DNA of 55,510 nucleotides from Candidatus Daviesbacteria bacterium (GTDB lineage Bacteria; Patescibacteriota; Microgenomatia; Daviesbacterales; UBA10151): NCBI GenBank assembly GCA_016176465.1, contig JACOXD010000007.1, positions 1 to 55,510 of the forward strand, read 5' to 3'. Shown piece by piece: positions 40,853 to 49,609 of this stretch (position 1 is its first letter; each line of letters starts with the position of its first letter). The notes under the pieces were generated by a model. It saw only the letters and a program-made list of their open reading frames with translations, ran no database searches and was not told where the DNA came from. The position numbers and the translations under genes were made by a program.

Positions 40853-41836
40853 ATGCTGATTCCACCGAAGTATATACTTACCCCAAAAATATCTCAGCTT
40901 TTATCTTCTATAGAATCAAGCAAAGAAGTGATTAACTCAATAACTATCCCTCCGGAAATCGAAGCGAATATTAGAAGAAGATCAACTATTAAAAGCTCTC
41001 TTTTTTCAGCCCGGATTGAAGGAAATACTCTCACATTAGACGAAGTTTTAAATAATCCCTCTAAAAGTCAAAAAAAACAGGAAGTTTTTAATATCTTAAA
41101 AGCTATTAACTGGATTTTTGAGAGAAGATTTAGAGATTTATCTTTGAAAGATATTTTTGAGCTACATAGAATAGTTTTAAGTGGACTTAGCCCTGAGGAA
41201 AATTTGGGATCTTTGAGAACACAACAGGGTGCCATTTTTAACTCAGCAGGAATCGCAATATATCTTCCTCCTCCCAATCGGCAAGTTTTACCCTTGACTA
41301 AAAGGTTAATTAGGTTTGCCAACAGTACTAAAGAGCAGCTTGTCCCTCTCAAGGCTTGCATTGTCCACTTTACTTTTGAGAAAATTCATCCTTTTTTGGA
41401 TGGAAATGGCAGAGTTGGAAGATTATTATTACAATTAATTTTGCATAGAGATGGCTATGGAATGAAGGGGCTTTTACCCATTGAGGAGTATTTGGATAAC
41501 CACAGAAGTGAATATTATAGGTCACTGGAAAATTCAGAAAGAGATTTAACGGATTATTTAGAGTTTATGTTGGAGGCTATTACTAAAACCGCCAAAGACG
41601 CAAAAGAGCAGGTTTTGGAAAAAGAAAAAGTTAAACCTGAGGATTTTTTGCTTCCAAGAAGAGCTGAGATCTTAAACATTATTAAAGATCAAAAGTTAGT
41701 TAATTTTGATACTATTAGAAGAAGATTTATGAGTGTTAATGAAAGAACGCTAAGATATGATCTTAAAAAACTCCAGGATGCTGGATTAATTAGAAAAAGA
41801 GGAACTACTAAAGGAGTGTATTATGAGGTGATCTGA
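40853..41836 (+). CDS. Fic-family protein (class II type, internal inhibitory motif) with C-terminal wHTH
   Basis: Active-site HPFLDGNGRVGR. N-terminal SARIEGN fits the (S/T)xxxE(G/N) inhibitory helix motif. C-terminal ERTLRYDLKKLQDAGLIRKRG is wHTH-like. Confidence 0.88.
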   Translation: MLIPPKYILTPKISQLLSSIESSKEVINSITIPPEIEANIRRRSTIKSSLFSARIEGNTLTLDEVLNNPSKSQKKQEVFNILKAINWIFERRFRDLSLKDIFELHRIVLSGLSPEENLGSLRTQQGAIFNSAGIAIYLPPPNRQVLPLTKRLIRFANSTKEQLVPLKACIVHFTFEKIHPFLDGNGRVGRLLLQLILHRDGYGMKGLLPIEEYLDNHRSEYYRSLENSERDLTDYLEFMLEAITKTAKDAKEQVLEKEKVKPEDFLLPRRAEILNIIKDQKLVNFDTIRRRFMSVNERTLRYDLKKLQDAGLIRKRGTTKGVYYEVI

Positions 41837-41841
41837 TAATA

Positions 41842-42165
41842 ATGAGAACCTACTTACTTCCCTTATTATTAACTATTATTTTTTTCTATTTTTCCACAAT
41901 TTTACCTATGACAACTATTTATAGCAAAGCAGATTTAAAAACTGTCAGATGTGGTTGGCCATTACCTTACTTAATAGTTGATAAGAGTTGGCGTGATCCA
42001 CCATATCCTTATAGGTTAAAGTGTGCTCCTAATGCCTTCGAAGAACCCACCCAAATTTTATGGCCACAACCTTTGCTTAACATAGGGAGTTTTTACTTAC
42101 TTTCGCTACTAGCAACAATATTTATTAGCCGCTTACTAAAAACTCAACCACATCACCATCTTTAA
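41842..42165 (+). CDS. small membrane protein
   Basis: N- and C-terminal hydrophobic segments. The 3' end overlaps ychF convergently. Confidence 0.35.
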   Translation: MRTYLLPLLLTIIFFYFSTILPMTTIYSKADLKTVRCGWPLPYLIVDKSWRDPPYPYRLKCAPNAFEEPTQILWPQPLLNIGSFYLLSLLATIFISRLLKTQPHHHL

Positions 42166-43354
42166 CTATATAATCTTTTCCTTCTGTCCTAACTTTTCCT
42201 GCTTCTTTTGCTTTTGACAATGAACCATGAACTAATAACTCATCATACTCTATAACTTGAGCCCTAATAAAACCTTTTTCAAAATCAGTGTGGATTACCC
42301 CAGCAGCCTGAGGTGCTTTAGTGCCTTTTTTAATAGTCCAGGCTCTTACTTCTTTTTTCCCAGCAGTCAAAAAAGAAATTAAGCCTAATAATTTATATGC
42401 TTTTTTAATTAACCTCTCCAGTCCTGTCTCTTCTATTTCCAGCTCACCTAGATAACCCATTCTCTCTTCCTCAGACAAATCAGCTAGCTCTTCTTCTAAC
42501 TTGGCACTAATTGCTAGAGTGTCATCCTGAGCGTAGCGAAGGATCTCAAGATCAGCATTTTCTTTTAGATTCTTCACTTCGTTCAGAATGACAGGATAAC
42601 GTTCTTCTGAAACATTAAAAACATATAAAATTGGTTTTATTGAAAGCAGTGGCAGTGTTGCAAACCATCCCTTTAATCTTGCATCTCCAATATTGTATTC
42701 TCCAAGGGTCCGACCCTGTTCTAGCTCAATTTGGATCTGACTGAGTACTTCCATCTTCTGCTTCTCTAAAAGGTCGGACCCTTGAGCCCGTAGTAATTTT
42801 TCTTGCCCAGCAATAAGTTTCTCTATAACCTGTAGATCTGATAACGCTAACTCTGTTTCAATTGTTAACCTATCTTCTTGGGGAGAAATACTTCCCTCTC
42901 TAATAATATTTTCATCATCAAAATCCCTTAAACACAAGATAATTGCATCTACTTCTCTAATATGAGATAAAAATTGATTGCCCAATCCTGCACCAGTACT
43001 GGCTCCTTTAACTAATCCAGCAATATCTACAAATTCCACAACAGCAGGGATAATTGGGGGGAGATATTTTTGAACCTCAATTTGAGCGGCAACCCCGGGG
43101 GTTACATCCTGAACTCTTGGGCCTAGTTCAGGACGGACTTGACTCAAGATCTCCTGTGGAAACATACCCTCCTCTTTAGCAATAAGCTTTGCGAGTCTTT
43201 CAAGACGAGCATCAGGTACTGCTACAACTCCAATATTAGGTTCAATTGTTGCAAAAGGGTAATTTGCAGATAAAGCCACCCTCTTTTTTAATAAAGCATT
43301 AAAAAGTGTAGATTTCCCAACATTAGGGAGTCCAATAATTCCAGCTTTGACCAT
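42125..43354 (-). CDS. ychF: ribosome-binding ATPase YchF, containing a palindromic element in frame
   Basis: GIIGLPNVGKSTLFNAL (G1), DIAGLVKGAS and a C-terminal TGS-like domain (VRAWTIKKGTKAPQAAGVIHTDFEKGFIRAQV). Confidence 0.9.
   Translation of the reverse strand: MVKAGIIGLPNVGKSTLFNALLKKRVALSANYPFATIEPNIGVVAVPDARLERLAKLIAKEEGMFPQEILSQVRPELGPRVQDVTPGVAAQIEVQKYLPPIIPAVVEFVDIAGLVKGASTGAGLGNQFLSHIREVDAIILCLRDFDDENIIREGSISPQEDRLTIETELALSDLQVIEKLIAGQEKLLRAQGSDLLEKQKMEVLSQIQIELEQGRTLGEYNIGDARLKGWFATLPLLSIKPILYVFNVSEERYPVILNEVKNLKENADLEILRYAQDDTLAISAKLEEELADLSEEERMGYLGELEIEETGLERLIKKAYKLLGLISFLTAGKKEVRAWTIKKGTKAPQAAGVIHTDFEKGFIRAQVIEYDELLVHGSLSKAKEAGKVRTEGKDYIVKDGDVVEFLVSG
42521..42592 (-). repeat. 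GTCAT...ATGAC nested-palindrome element (72 bp = 24 codons) inside ychF
   Basis: Blocks GTCATCCTGA, GAAGGATCTCAAGAT, TTAGATTCTTC and TCAGAATGAC are identical to the intergenic copy at 31712..31793. Translated in ychF as VILNEVKNLKENADLEILRYAQDD. Confidence 0.8.
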
Positions 43355-43394
43355 ATTTTGAGATTATAACAAACATCTGAATAAAATTGAGAAT

Positions 43395-46300
43395 TTATTG
43401 TGGTTTAATAGCAACTGTATATCCTACGTATGGAGAACTCCCAGATAGATCAAATTGTGCTACACCGCTACTTCCTGCTGTTGTTTGGTTTTTGTATCCT
43501 CCCCAGCTATCGTGTCCATCAACATCAACATAATAGATTTGTGTATGACCTGAGGGAAGAGATTTTAAAGTTTTTGAGGCATCCCAAGTAACAATTCTCA
43601 CTATCAGGGCGTTGTTAGAAGTTGTTATAACTGCAGGCGCAGATGCCTCACCTTGAGTACTGGCTATCACACCATCTATATCAATGAAACTACTAGAAGC
43701 TTGACCATCAATGCGTATTATACTACCACCAATAAGGTTGCCATGATCTGGGGTAATTGTATAACTTGCTGGTTCTGAGCTTGCTATCTTGTACCAAATT
43801 TGTAAATTATTACCAGCATTGGTTGGATGAGAACGTGTATTAGGAAGCAGACCTGTCCATCCAGAAGGTATTGTATAAGTTACATTCTCACCTGAGGATA
43901 GATCAGCACTTGCTGTTAAAATAAGCAGATCACCATCAACAGTCCCTGTTGGTTTGGCAAGAGTGAGTGCAGATTTACTGTTTCCAGAGCTTGATCCTCT
44001 CACTGCCGGTACAGCTCCTGATGGTGAAGGGGTAGGAGTTGGGGTAGGTGTAGGAGAGGGGCTAGCTGTAGGTGATGGTGTAGGAGTCGGAGTTGGAGAT
44101 GGAGTTGGACTAGGGGTTGGCGAAGGTGTTCCACCACCCTGTATTGGTTTAATAGCAACTGTATACCCTACATAAGGAGAACCACCAGATAAATCAAATT
44201 GTGCTATGCCTGTACTCCCAGGAGTAGATTGTGTCTTGTATATCCCTAAGCTGTCATGTCCACTAACATCAACATAATAGATTTGTGTATGACCTGAGGG
44301 AAGAGATTTTAAAGTTTTTGAGGCATCCCAGGTAACAATTCCCAACACTAAAGAATTGCCAGTAGTCGTTGTAACCGAAGGTGTACTAGCCTCTCCGCTG
44401 CTTTTTACAGTTATTGCACTTGCACCAATTGGATTATTTTGATCATATCCATCTATCCGAATGATAGAACCTCCAATTAGATTATTATGATCAGGGGTGA
44501 TTGTATAACTTGATGGTTCTGAGTTTGCTATCTTGTACCACGCTTGCAAGTTGTTACCAGCGTTAGTTGGGTGAGAACGGGTCAATGGTAAAAGTTGAGT
44601 CCAGCCAGAAGATACTTTGTAAGTGACGTTTTCATTTGATGATAGATCAGCACTTGCTGTTAAGATAAGCAGATCACCATCAACTGTCCCTGCAGGTTTG
44701 GCAAGAGTTAGTGTAGAATTACTGTTTCCAAAATTTGATCCTTTCACAACAGGTGCCGTTACTGCTGGTGAGGGTGTGGGGGATGGTGTAACTGTCGGGC
44801 TCGGGGATGGAGAAGGCGAAGCTGTAGGAGTGGGAGCTGCTTCTTCTGTTGATGTAGTTAGCGCATGAATCCCAGCACCTTGACCATAGGTATAATCTAT
44901 ATTTACCCCATCACTTGTAAACTTTGTTAAATTACCAATAGGATTATAAGTATATAAAAAGTTAGAACCTGAGGTCTCTGATGCACTATTTAGCCGATCC
45001 AAATCATCATAAGCAAAATTTTGCGTCTTAGCGGTTACATTATTTTGTATGCTTAAGATATTGCCTATATTGTCATATGCATAGTCAAGATCTTGCAATA
45101 TACCTGTTTGAATTTTATTCAAGCGGAAGTCATCACTGTTATAGGAATAATTAGTAGCGAGGCCATTTGCAAAATCCTTTTTTGTTATTTTCCCCAATGC
45201 ATTATAATCAATATTACTTAAAATCCCACTGACGCTATCAACTTCTGATTGTGGGTTAAACTTATACGTTATGCCTTCACCGTCAGGGTTTGTTTGACTT
45301 GTTACCCTATCAAGCGCATCATAGGCAAACTGAGTGGTCCAGCTCAAACCATCGATCGTTCGAACTTCTCCAATCTTTCTGAGACGATCATCATAAGAGT
45401 AGTTTATAGTTCCCGCAGCATCAGTAACCGAGGTAAGTGTCCCAATCTTGCTACCACCATCATAAGTATAGAGAATATCCGTATCAGAGGGGTAATCAAT
45501 CTTGACTAGTCTATCTAATTCATCATAATTTCTCTGGATAGCGATATTTCGATTGTCAGTACGTTTCAACAGATTCCCTGCATTATCATACTCGTAATGC
45601 CAGGTTCCCAAGTCTGGATCAGTCTGTGATATTCTTCTCCCTAAAGAATCATAGATAAAGCTAATCTTGTTATCCATTGCATCAGTTACACCTGTCAGAT
45701 CATCTTTCCCATTGTAGGAATAATTGGTAGTTTGGGTTTGGCTACCTTCTACTTCTTCAACCTGGATAATCTTGTCATACGCATTAAGGACTTTTCTTTT
45801 AATATGAATATTTTCATCAATATTAGTTTCTTGCCAGTGATCATAGCTGGTGTTTTTAATTGCACCCTTTGGATTGGTAACAGTTGTGACTCGCCCAACT
45901 GGATCATAGCTGGTTGTTGTAGCTTTGATACCTGATACTGGCGTAACGTAAATTACGCTACTATCTGCAAAATAAGGTACTGATTGTTTTGAAACTTCAC
46001 CATTTGGATCATAGAAGGTATCACTAACAATGTTTTGACTTATATTTTCTGCGGGAGCTCTCACTTGAATAGTTCTTCCCAGCCCGTCAAACCAGGTATA
46101 AGTATTGAGTGTATCCGTACTCCCGCTCGTTGTGCGTCTCATAACAAGTGTTCCTTCCGGAGCAGTACCATCTATTAGATATTGATAACTTGTTGTTGGA
46201 AAAGCACTACTATCATATGGTTTGATTTCTTTAATGATTCTTCCAAAGACGTCATACTGATATGAGGTAGTCAGTCCGTTAGGATCAGCTTTGGAAAGAA

Positions 46301-49184
46301 GATTCCCAGTACCTAAATCATATTGCATTGTTGTAACCTGATTTTTGGCATTGGTTGTACTATCAGGATAGGTTCCAGTAGTGTCCGTTATCCCATAAAC
46401 ACTTGAAGTTACATGACTATTAGGATCTGTAACCTTTGTTTGATTACCAAAACTATCATACTCATACAAAATTATGGGGTTAGTAGCACCTGTCATATCA
46501 AGCCATCTTTCTTCCTTGGTGATATCACCTTTGCTAGGCGCATCATCTACTCCTGGGTGGCTGTCGTAATAAAACCAACTTTCAGAGAATTTAGTGGAAT
46601 CATCAGCTCCATGCTTAAAAGTATGCTTAAGGGTGTTTACAATCCAAAGTGCTGGATTTACAACATATTCATTATAGGTAAACCGCTCATCGCCACTAAT
46701 ACCTGTATCTCCCTGTTCTGATACTTTGGTTATATTTCCATAAGTATCATACTGGTAATCAGTTTGTACTACCTTGGGACTTTCCACCACCCCGTCATAT
46801 GTATTTTTTTTCGAAGATAACAGTAAAACAGTAAATATGTTATTGCTTTGTGAATTGGTCCATGTATTTTCAACTTTTGCAAATGGGGCATCGCTGCTAT
46901 CAGTTGTTAGTAAAGAAGCAAGCATTCCCTTTAAAGCATCATCTTGATTAAAGATGTATTGTTTTTTAGTGCCAGTAGGAAGCTTCTCAGTGACATTACC
47001 AAAGCCTCTAAATTCTCTCTGCTCTCTGTTATATAAACCATTGCCATAGTTATATGTTGTGACGTCTGTTGTATTTTGCACACCAGCTACCCCGTTATTT
47101 ACAGTCAATTTACTAACAAGCCACAAAGCAAAAGGGAGATTACTTCCATTCCCATAGCGAGTGGAAGGCGTATACTCAAAACTATAATCTCCTCCCACAG
47201 CTGTATGAATTGTTGAAAGAGTATGAGGTGCGTTACTTGAAGTTAGAAAACCATCCCATTTGCCAAAAGCCTGATTCAAAACATCAGCTTGTCCGTCTCC
47301 ATTCAAATCAATTACTTTAACTAAATTAAAGTCACTACTCCCGTCCATTTTCGCATCAAACCAAGTTGTTACAGTTGTTGAGAAGTGATCACCCATATTC
47401 ATTAGTACCTGCCAGTGAGCACTAGTATTGCTGGAATCAAAACCACTTCCTTTTACAATGTCTAAGAGTCCGTCTCCATTCACATCAACAATCACAACGT
47501 TGTGGTTAGTCAAATCAATTGCATCAACATTTGCATTGTCAATCCATTTCTTGGGAGGAAGAAGGAAACTTCCTGTATTAATATAAACGTTATAGGTTTC
47601 ATATGGCCCACCTTGACTATTTGATTCAACTAGATCCGGGAGTCCATCTCCATTTACATCAGCAAGCCGGATGTTGGGATTGTTAAACGATGAAACACCA
47701 CTCGCCCATGTATGATTATCATTATTCCAGGTATTTTGTCCCTGCATATTAAGATAGACTTGCCAGTTATTGCCTTGTCCCACATGGACAATATCTGAAA
47801 GCCCGTCACCATTCATATCTATCAAAGCCAAACTGGAATCACCAAGACCTGCTGCCTGGTCAAAGTTAATATTATCCTCCCATTTTTGCTGTCCCCCAAA
47901 TGAAAACGCACTCCCCGAAGAAGTATTAGGCCAGACAAACCAGTCATAATTAGGATTTGGCCCGCCTCGATAGATAGTCTGAACGGCGTCACATTTCCCA
48001 TCCCCGGTTACATCAGTTAGTCTCATATTTGTAGCGCCCAATTGAACAGGAATTGAGGCCATGGTTACCCAGTTTGCAGCAAATGAGGTACCACTGTTTT
48101 GTTTAACATTCCAGTTATAATTCCCTCCTCCTGTTCCCACTACCTTTACTAAATCAGCATACCCATCCCCATTCATCTCGCAAAGACCAACATCTGAATG
48201 ATTTAGCTCTGCATCGATATTGGTACCTCCTGTGAAATCAATGGGGCTCCCATTGCCAACACTTTCAGGGTTATAGGTAAAGGTAGTTGCAGGCAGCGGC
48301 GACCCGTCAGACCCTTTTTCAGCTATTGAAGTTAGAAGCGGTTGACCACTTGTTGCCTGAGTAAATGCCAAATCATACTGATTAACCAAACTTCCATTTG
48401 CTTTTACCAAAATATTGGCAAGTCTTTGTGTTTCATTAATACTGCACCCCTGGATGGAGACTGGTTTTTGGTAGGGGTTTGTATCGTAAGTAAAATTAAC
48501 TTCCCTAAGCTGGTCATTGTTGTATTTAATTTGGCTTAAATATGCTACTCCATTATTTTGGGTGTAAGTAAAGTAGATGTGATTATTATGGGTATCTTTG
48601 ACCTCATCAACATTCCAATGACTAATATATGTTTGACCATTACATAAAAGCTCTGAATTATTTACATATCCAAAACGATAGGAAGTTCCATCTTTAGTTG
48701 TGACTTGCCAATACATACCTTGGGTATTTTGTCCGTCGCTTAAGAATTGTTGTATTTTCAAAAACGATTCCTGTTTAGTATGGAAAAGGCTGTCTGTAGA
48801 ATTAAAGACTAGATCATAGGTACTGCCTTGAAAGTGTAATTTATATTTATCATCTGATGTTATCCAAGGCGTGTAATTTACATCCCGCTCTATATAGTCA
48901 CGATTAAGTTGCCATCCTAAACCACTTTGCAAAGATGGATCATGTGCTGCTAGGCTGTTGTAAGAAAGACTGATTTGCGGGGTAAGATCATTAGTGCCTT
49001 TAGGAAGTTTAATGGGATAATTATATGTAGCTGCTCCTGTAAATAAATCTGTCTGGAATCTATCCCTTTGACTTAGCGGTGCACTCTTCTGCGGTATCAC
49101 CTGCATTGCAGCAGAAACAGAAGAAACACTGCTCAAAAAAAGAGCTAACAGGATAAAAGTACTTACAATAATTATTTTTTTCAT
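43395..49184 (-). CDS. SpvB/FG-GAP/YD-repeat shell protein (Rhs-2), 1929 aa, without Rhs core or recognisable toxin tip
   Basis: Signal peptide MKKIIIVSTFILLALFLSSVSSVSA/AM. SpvB-like N-terminus (FQTDLFTGAATYNYPIKLPKGTNDLTPQISLSYNS). Six VCBS/FG-GAP units (MNGDGYADLV, VTGDGKCDAV, MNGDGLSDIV, VNGDGLPDLV, VNGDGLLDIV, LNGDGQADVL). Many YD repeats follow (YQYDTYGN, YEYDSFGN, YQYDVFGR, YEYDNAGN...). These stop at ...GIHALTTSTEEAA, followed by Pro/Thr/Ser linkers and two copies of an unknown domain. There is no PxxxxDPxG-type core end. Confidence 0.93.
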   Translation of the reverse strand: MKKIIIVSTFILLALFLSSVSSVSAAMQVIPQKSAPLSQRDRFQTDLFTGAATYNYPIKLPKGTNDLTPQISLSYNSLAAHDPSLQSGLGWQLNRDYIERDVNYTPWITSDDKYKLHFQGSTYDLVFNSTDSLFHTKQESFLKIQQFLSDGQNTQGMYWQVTTKDGTSYRFGYVNNSELLCNGQTYISHWNVDEVKDTHNNHIYFTYTQNNGVAYLSQIKYNNDQLREVNFTYDTNPYQKPVSIQGCSINETQRLANILVKANGSLVNQYDLAFTQATSGQPLLTSIAEKGSDGSPLPATTFTYNPESVGNGSPIDFTGGTNIDAELNHSDVGLCEMNGDGYADLVKVVGTGGGNYNWNVKQNSGTSFAANWVTMASIPVQLGATNMRLTDVTGDGKCDAVQTIYRGGPNPNYDWFVWPNTSSGSAFSFGGQQKWEDNINFDQAAGLGDSSLALIDMNGDGLSDIVHVGQGNNWQVYLNMQGQNTWNNDNHTWASGVSSFNNPNIRLADVNGDGLPDLVESNSQGGPYETYNVYINTGSFLLPPKKWIDNANVDAIDLTNHNVVIVDVNGDGLLDIVKGSGFDSSNTSAHWQVLMNMGDHFSTTVTTWFDAKMDGSSDFNLVKVIDLNGDGQADVLNQAFGKWDGFLTSSNAPHTLSTIHTAVGGDYSFEYTPSTRYGNGSNLPFALWLVSKLTVNNGVAGVQNTTDVTTYNYGNGLYNREQREFRGFGNVTEKLPTGTKKQYIFNQDDALKGMLASLLTTDSSDAPFAKVENTWTNSQSNNIFTVLLLSSKKNTYDGVVESPKVVQTDYQYDTYGNITKVSEQGDTGISGDERFTYNEYVVNPALWIVNTLKHTFKHGADDSTKFSESWFYYDSHPGVDDAPSKGDITKEERWLDMTGATNPIILYEYDSFGNQTKVTDPNSHVTSSVYGITDTTGTYPDSTTNAKNQVTTMQYDLGTGNLLSKADPNGLTTSYQYDVFGRIIKEIKPYDSSAFPTTSYQYLIDGTAPEGTLVMRRTTSGSTDTLNTYTWFDGLGRTIQVRAPAENISQNIVSDTFYDPNGEVSKQSVPYFADSSVIYVTPVSGIKATTTSYDPVGRVTTVTNPKGAIKNTSYDHWQETNIDENIHIKRKVLNAYDKIIQVEEVEGSQTQTTNYSYNGKDDLTGVTDAMDNKISFIYDSLGRRISQTDPDLGTWHYEYDNAGNLLKRTDNRNIAIQRNYDELDRLVKIDYPSDTDILYTYDGGSKIGTLTSVTDAAGTINYSYDDRLRKIGEVRTIDGLSWTTQFAYDALDRVTSQTNPDGEGITYKFNPQSEVDSVSGILSNIDYNALGKITKKDFANGLATNYSYNSDDFRLNKIQTGILQDLDYAYDNIGNILSIQNNVTAKTQNFAYDDLDRLNSASETSGSNFLYTYNPIGNLTKFTSDGVNIDYTYGQGAGIHALTTSTEEAAPTPTASPSPSPSPTVTPSPTPSPAVTAPVVKGSNFGNSNSTLTLAKPAGTVDGDLLILTASADLSSNENVTYKVSSGWTQLLPLTRSHPTNAGNNLQAWYKIANSEPSSYTITPDHNNLIGGSIIRIDGYDQNNPIGASAITVKSSGEASTPSVTTTTGNSLVLGIVTWDASKTLKSLPSGHTQIYYVDVSGHDSLGIYKTQSTPGSTGIAQFDLSGGSPYVGYTVAIKPIQGGGTPSPTPSPTPSPTPTPTPSPTASPSPTPTPTPTPSPSGAVPAVRGSSSGNSKSALTLAKPTGTVDGDLLILTASADLSSGENVTYTIPSGWTGLLPNTRSHPTNAGNNLQIWYKIASSEPASYTITPDHGNLIGGSIIRIDGQASSSFIDIDGVIASTQGEASAPAVITTSNNALIVRIVTWDASKTLKSLPSGHTQIYYVDVDGHDSWGGYKNQTTAGSSGVAQFDLSGSSPYVGYTVAIKPQ
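43398..44885 (-). repeat. tandem duplication, period 744 nt (248 codons): linker plus unknown roughly 210-aa domain, two copies
   Basis: 43521..43597 and 44265..44341 are 76/77 identical. 43897..43968 and 44641..44712 are about 93% identical; the remainder is more diverged. The protein copies share LTLAKP.GTVDGDLLILTASADLSS.ENVTY...GW..LLP.TRSHPTNAGNNLQ.WYKIA.SEP.SYTITPDH.NLIGGSIIRIDG...VTWDASKTLKSLPSGHTQIYYVDV.GHDS.G.YK.Q...GS.G.AQFDLSG.SPYVGYTVAIKP. Confidence 0.85.
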
Positions 49185-49187
49185 AAA

Positions 49188-49580
49188 TTAATGATCGTAA
49201 TGAGAGTAATATTCAAATGATCTTTTTCCCATAAAAAGCTGAATTCTTTCTGTGAATCCTTCACCTGCAATATTTTCAAGGAAACAGGTAAATATGGCAT
49301 TAGATAATAATTGTGCCTCGTCAACTTTTCCAGATCGCCACTCTTCAAAGGTTGCAGTCTCTTGTACTTCCCATTTTTCAATACTGGAAAACAATTCTTT
49401 CAATTGCTCGTCTGAAAAATTATTAATATTGTCAATAAAGAAGGGGCTGAATTCAATAAAGAGCCCGTGATAAGTATAGCTACCATCTTCTTCTTTTTGA
49501 TAGTTGTCTTCACTATTCCATACTTCTGAAAAGCCAGGAAATAATTTAATTAAGAACTCTTTTACTTCTTCTTTTGTCAT
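49188..49580 (-). CDS. putative immunity protein of the mini-Rhs toxin
   Basis: 130 aa, located between the mini-Rhs (29-nt gap) and Rhs-2 (3-nt gap). Acidic helical protein with ...LLSNAIFTCFLENIAGEGF, reminiscent of immunity families of polymorphic-toxin loci (recollection). Confidence 0.5.
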   Translation of the reverse strand: MTKEEVKEFLIKLFPGFSEVWNSEDNYQKEEDGSYTYHGLFIEFSPFFIDNINNFSDEQLKELFSSIEKWEVQETATFEEWRSGKVDEAQLLSNAIFTCFLENIAGEGFTERIQLFMGKRSFEYYSHYDH

Positions 49581-49609
49581 ATATGATTAATGAATTAGAA
49601 CCATCTACA

